From contig JBDRKP010000034.1 in assembly GCA_043813875.1 (NCBI GenBank), positions 1 through 31,711 of the forward strand: DNA of 31,711 nucleotides. The letters run 5' to 3'. The stretch is from an archaeon (GTDB taxonomy: Archaea; EX4484-52; B79-G9). Below the pieces are notes generated by a model. That model was given only the letters and a program-made list of their open reading frames with translations, ran no database searches and was not told where the DNA came from. Shown here in pieces: positions 29,229-31,711 of the stretch. The translations under genes and the position numbers were made by a program. Numbering within the stretch: position 1 is the first letter of the stretch; each line of letters opens with the position of its first letter.

Positions 29229-29672
29229 TCAATCACGATTTTTGATGTCATTAATCTTTTTTGATTTGTGTGTCTTCTCGACATCCACAATAAAATTAGA
29301 ATGCAACACATCTCTTCCGATAAGTATTGGTGTATACATATTCTGCCTGTCCTGGATATTGACCACGACGGGAATCAGTTTCCCCATGATCTCTATGATG
29401 GCCTTCACTTTGATCCGCCTTGTATAGCCCTCCGATGCAGTCTTGCTCTTCACTTTCACAGTGCCAAGTATTGGTCCGAGTTCTGCTCTCTTTGCGATAT
29501 TTATGTCAACAGAAGTCGTTGTTGCGCCAGTATCCATTATAGCATCCGCTTCGACAATACTTTCACCGACGATTTTCACCTTTTCAATAAGCCCGACAAC
29601 CACTTTTTGTGGAGTATCCACTGCCTTGCTCTCTACAATCTTCCGTTCATCCTTGCCATCATCTGAAACCAT
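29229..29672 (-). CDS. RimK-associated retropepsin-like aspartic peptidase (RimB-like)
   Basis: VVGLIEKV, AIMDTGATTTSVD, DRQNMYTPILIGRD. Confidence 0.88.
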   Translation of the reverse strand: MVSDDGKDERKIVESKAVDTPQKVVVGLIEKVKIVGESIVEADAIMDTGATTTSVDINIAKRAELGPILGTVKVKSKTASEGYTRRIKVKAIIEIMGKLIPVVVNIQDRQNMYTPILIGRDVLHSNFIVDVEKTHKSKKINDIKNRD

Positions 29673-29855
29673 TCATCATTATTGATTAACCACTTTTATT
29701 AAAGTTTAGGTATCCAGCAGATTATATTGATATTCATAAAAGTTACTTTGACTTATCTGTATTAGAATAGTACTTATGGGTAGTCATCGACGAAACACAT
29801 ATAAGGCTTCCCACCAAAGAAATCATCTATCAGTAATACTTTGAGGCGATAACGC

Positions 29856-30371
29856 ATGACCCAAATTAATAAAATTCATAAATCCTCATCATCCGAAGCA
29901 TTATTACCTATTGAATATCAACACGCAATAGACTCTATAAAATCAGTGGAAAAATATACTTCATGTCCTGTAATTGGATTAGGACCTGCTTTTGTGGATG
30001 GATTTTATGTTTTTGCAACACCATATAGTGCCGAATATCACGTTGATGATAAAGGATACCATTCTGTTGTCAATGGCAAGATCAAAAATCATGATGATAT
30101 CACAATTACAATGATTAGTGGGAAATACAAAGATGACTGGAATAATAGGTTAATATATCCTGATTTAAGGATTATCTTGAACAAAGCAGATTCACGAAAC
30201 AATCATGATGGACGTGTTTGCGAGGACCGCACTGCCACAATGATCGGTCTTGGGATAGGTAAAAACGACAGTCCTCATCTAGTCACAGATATTACTGATG
30301 AAGAATTGAGACCTCTTGCAGAAAAGATATATGATAATATACAGAATCAGCTTAAATCAGCGAATAAGTAA
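29856..30371 (+). CDS. Hypothetical protein (orphan)
   Basis: 171-aa AT-rich ORF with SD gaggcga upstream; no family recognised. Confidence 0.65.
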   Translation: MTQINKIHKSSSSEALLPIEYQHAIDSIKSVEKYTSCPVIGLGPAFVDGFYVFATPYSAEYHVDDKGYHSVVNGKIKNHDDITITMISGKYKDDWNNRLIYPDLRIILNKADSRNNHDGRVCEDRTATMIGLGIGKNDSPHLVTDITDEELRPLAEKIYDNIQNQLKSANK

Positions 30372-30403
30372 AGTCTTTTTGCATCCGTTCCGTTCTAAAA
30401 TCT

Positions 30404-31663
30404 TTACGTAATAACCTTCGCCTTGCTGTTCGCCCTCTTCTCGAACTCTGAAACAAGCACCCGCACGATTTTGCCCGCATTCTTCCCGTCTTTCCCATTA
30501 GCAGAAGCCGCCTCGGCATGCCCTCCGGCACTCCCGTCGATTAGCGGTTCTATATTCTTGAGCACCTTCACAAGATCGATATCATCAGCAAGATACTTCC
30601 TCACACGCGCGCTGATCCGGATCTCATCCTTCTTGACATTCGACACGACAGCCACATCCGCTCCGCTCTTGATGAGATGCGTCGCCGCCCGCGACTCAAA
30701 GGACCCTGCCCTCGAAAAAGCGATAATCAGATCCCTCACGCGGAAAAGCTCGCACCTCCGAAGCACCTTCAGTTTCGCGATACGCTCGGATATGTCCTCT
30801 TTCACGCTCAGCGCATCAAAAATAGACGACAGCTCAACATAATTAAGAAGCTCGTTCATCGCCTCGACATCATTCTTATCCGCGATACGCAAAAACGCCG
30901 TATCCGCAACAATCCCGGAAAGAATATAAGGCGCAGCCACAGAGACAACCGGTATTTTTGCCGCAACAATGAACCGGTAGACAAGAATAGCAGTAGAATG
31001 CGCATCAGTATCGATAAACGTCAGATCCGCCTCCTTTGCGATATTGCCCCTCTGGTGATGGTCAATCAGGACAATCTTAGGGTTCGTCCGGAAAGCAAGC
31101 TCGCCAATCTGCTCGCTGGACGACGAATCGACAATAAACACAATCGAGGGATTCTTCTCAGTCTCATCCCTTATATGGAACGGGTACTTGGAAAGCACCT
31201 GCCTCGCCTGCAGGCTGATGCCGAGCGGCGCACTCACAGTCACCCTGATATCCATATGCATAAGAGCCAAAGCAAGCGCGACCGCGCTCCCGACAGCATC
31301 CGGGTCCGCATTGTGATGCATGATGATCTGCGCCTTCTGGTGATTATGCAATTCCTCGACAATTTTAGCGATATCCTTCTTCTGCCTGTTCGATATCACT
31401 GCACTGGGCACTTCCTTCAGCGAAAAAAGCTGCCTGACCGCAAGATACATCGGATGCTCGCCGTTCAGCCTGTATTTCTTATTCTCATCAACAACAAAAC
31501 CCGCATCCTTCAGTTCATGGATATCCTTATATGCGACAGAATAAGCGACACCGGTTTTTTCAGAAATGGAATGTATCGACATAAGCGCATTTTCAAGAGA
31601 CATCGCCTCGATTATCCGGATCTTGCTCTTTGCGCCGATAATATTCTCTAGTTCCTCTGCCAT
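30404..31663 (-). CDS. DHH/DHHA1 phosphoesterase with an N-terminal winged-HTH domain
   Basis: HHNADPDAVGS, IVDSS, LIDHH, GIVADT, ISAR, AGGHAEAA; first ~85 aa HTH-like (SIHSISEKTGVAYSVAYKDIHELKDAGFV). Confidence 0.9.
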   Translation of the reverse strand: MAEELENIIGAKSKIRIIEAMSLENALMSIHSISEKTGVAYSVAYKDIHELKDAGFVVDENKKYRLNGEHPMYLAVRQLFSLKEVPSAVISNRQKKDIAKIVEELHNHQKAQIIMHHNADPDAVGSAVALALALMHMDIRVTVSAPLGISLQARQVLSKYPFHIRDETEKNPSIVFIVDSSSSEQIGELAFRTNPKIVLIDHHQRGNIAKEADLTFIDTDAHSTAILVYRFIVAAKIPVVSVAAPYILSGIVADTAFLRIADKNDVEAMNELLNYVELSSIFDALSVKEDISERIAKLKVLRRCELFRVRDLIIAFSRAGSFESRAATHLIKSGADVAVVSNVKKDEIRISARVRKYLADDIDLVKVLKNIEPLIDGSAGGHAEAASANGKDGKNAGKIVRVLVSEFEKRANSKAKVIT

Positions 31664-31711
31664 AAAACAATTGCGCTCCCAAACAATATAAAATTATCTA
31701 TTTTTAGATAC

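Noticed and set aside
30677..31651. 324-aa plus-strand ORF and other long antisense or alternate-frame ORFs (e.g. 9226-9936, 11950-12606, 16445-17071, 23608-24255)
   Set aside because: They fully overlap well-supported genes and have shadow-ORF composition.

Overview
Archaeal chromosomal segment. Evidence: group II chaperonin, aIF5A, Trm1, ATP-dependent DNA ligase, TrmB, and TATA boxes about 25 nt upstream of apparently leaderless genes. The compact layout and gene set suggest a DPANN lineage, possibly Aenigmarchaeota-like, but this is inference. The window holds an MNT-HEPN toxin-antitoxin pair, a large N-glycosylated surface protein, housekeeping genes, gluconeogenesis genes (class I FBPase, class II aldolase, PEP synthase, a PGAM-like histidine phosphatase), tRNA-modification genes (trm1, U32/TrhP-like, dus), an operon of RimB-like protease, degenerate RimK and RimK, a wHTH-DHH fusion, and several AT-richer orphan ORFs. 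No rRNA, tRNA, CRISPR array, integrase or transposase was recognised. The most striking non-coding signal is a ~90-bp double-hairpin element present twice in direct orientation (7545-7633 and 20640-20729, first 60 bp identical). One copy abuts the promoter of the PGAM-like gene and the other the promoter of fbp-fba. The second is a diverged duplicate of the last 66 bp of the site-2 protease gene that brackets a 1.3-kb orphan islet.
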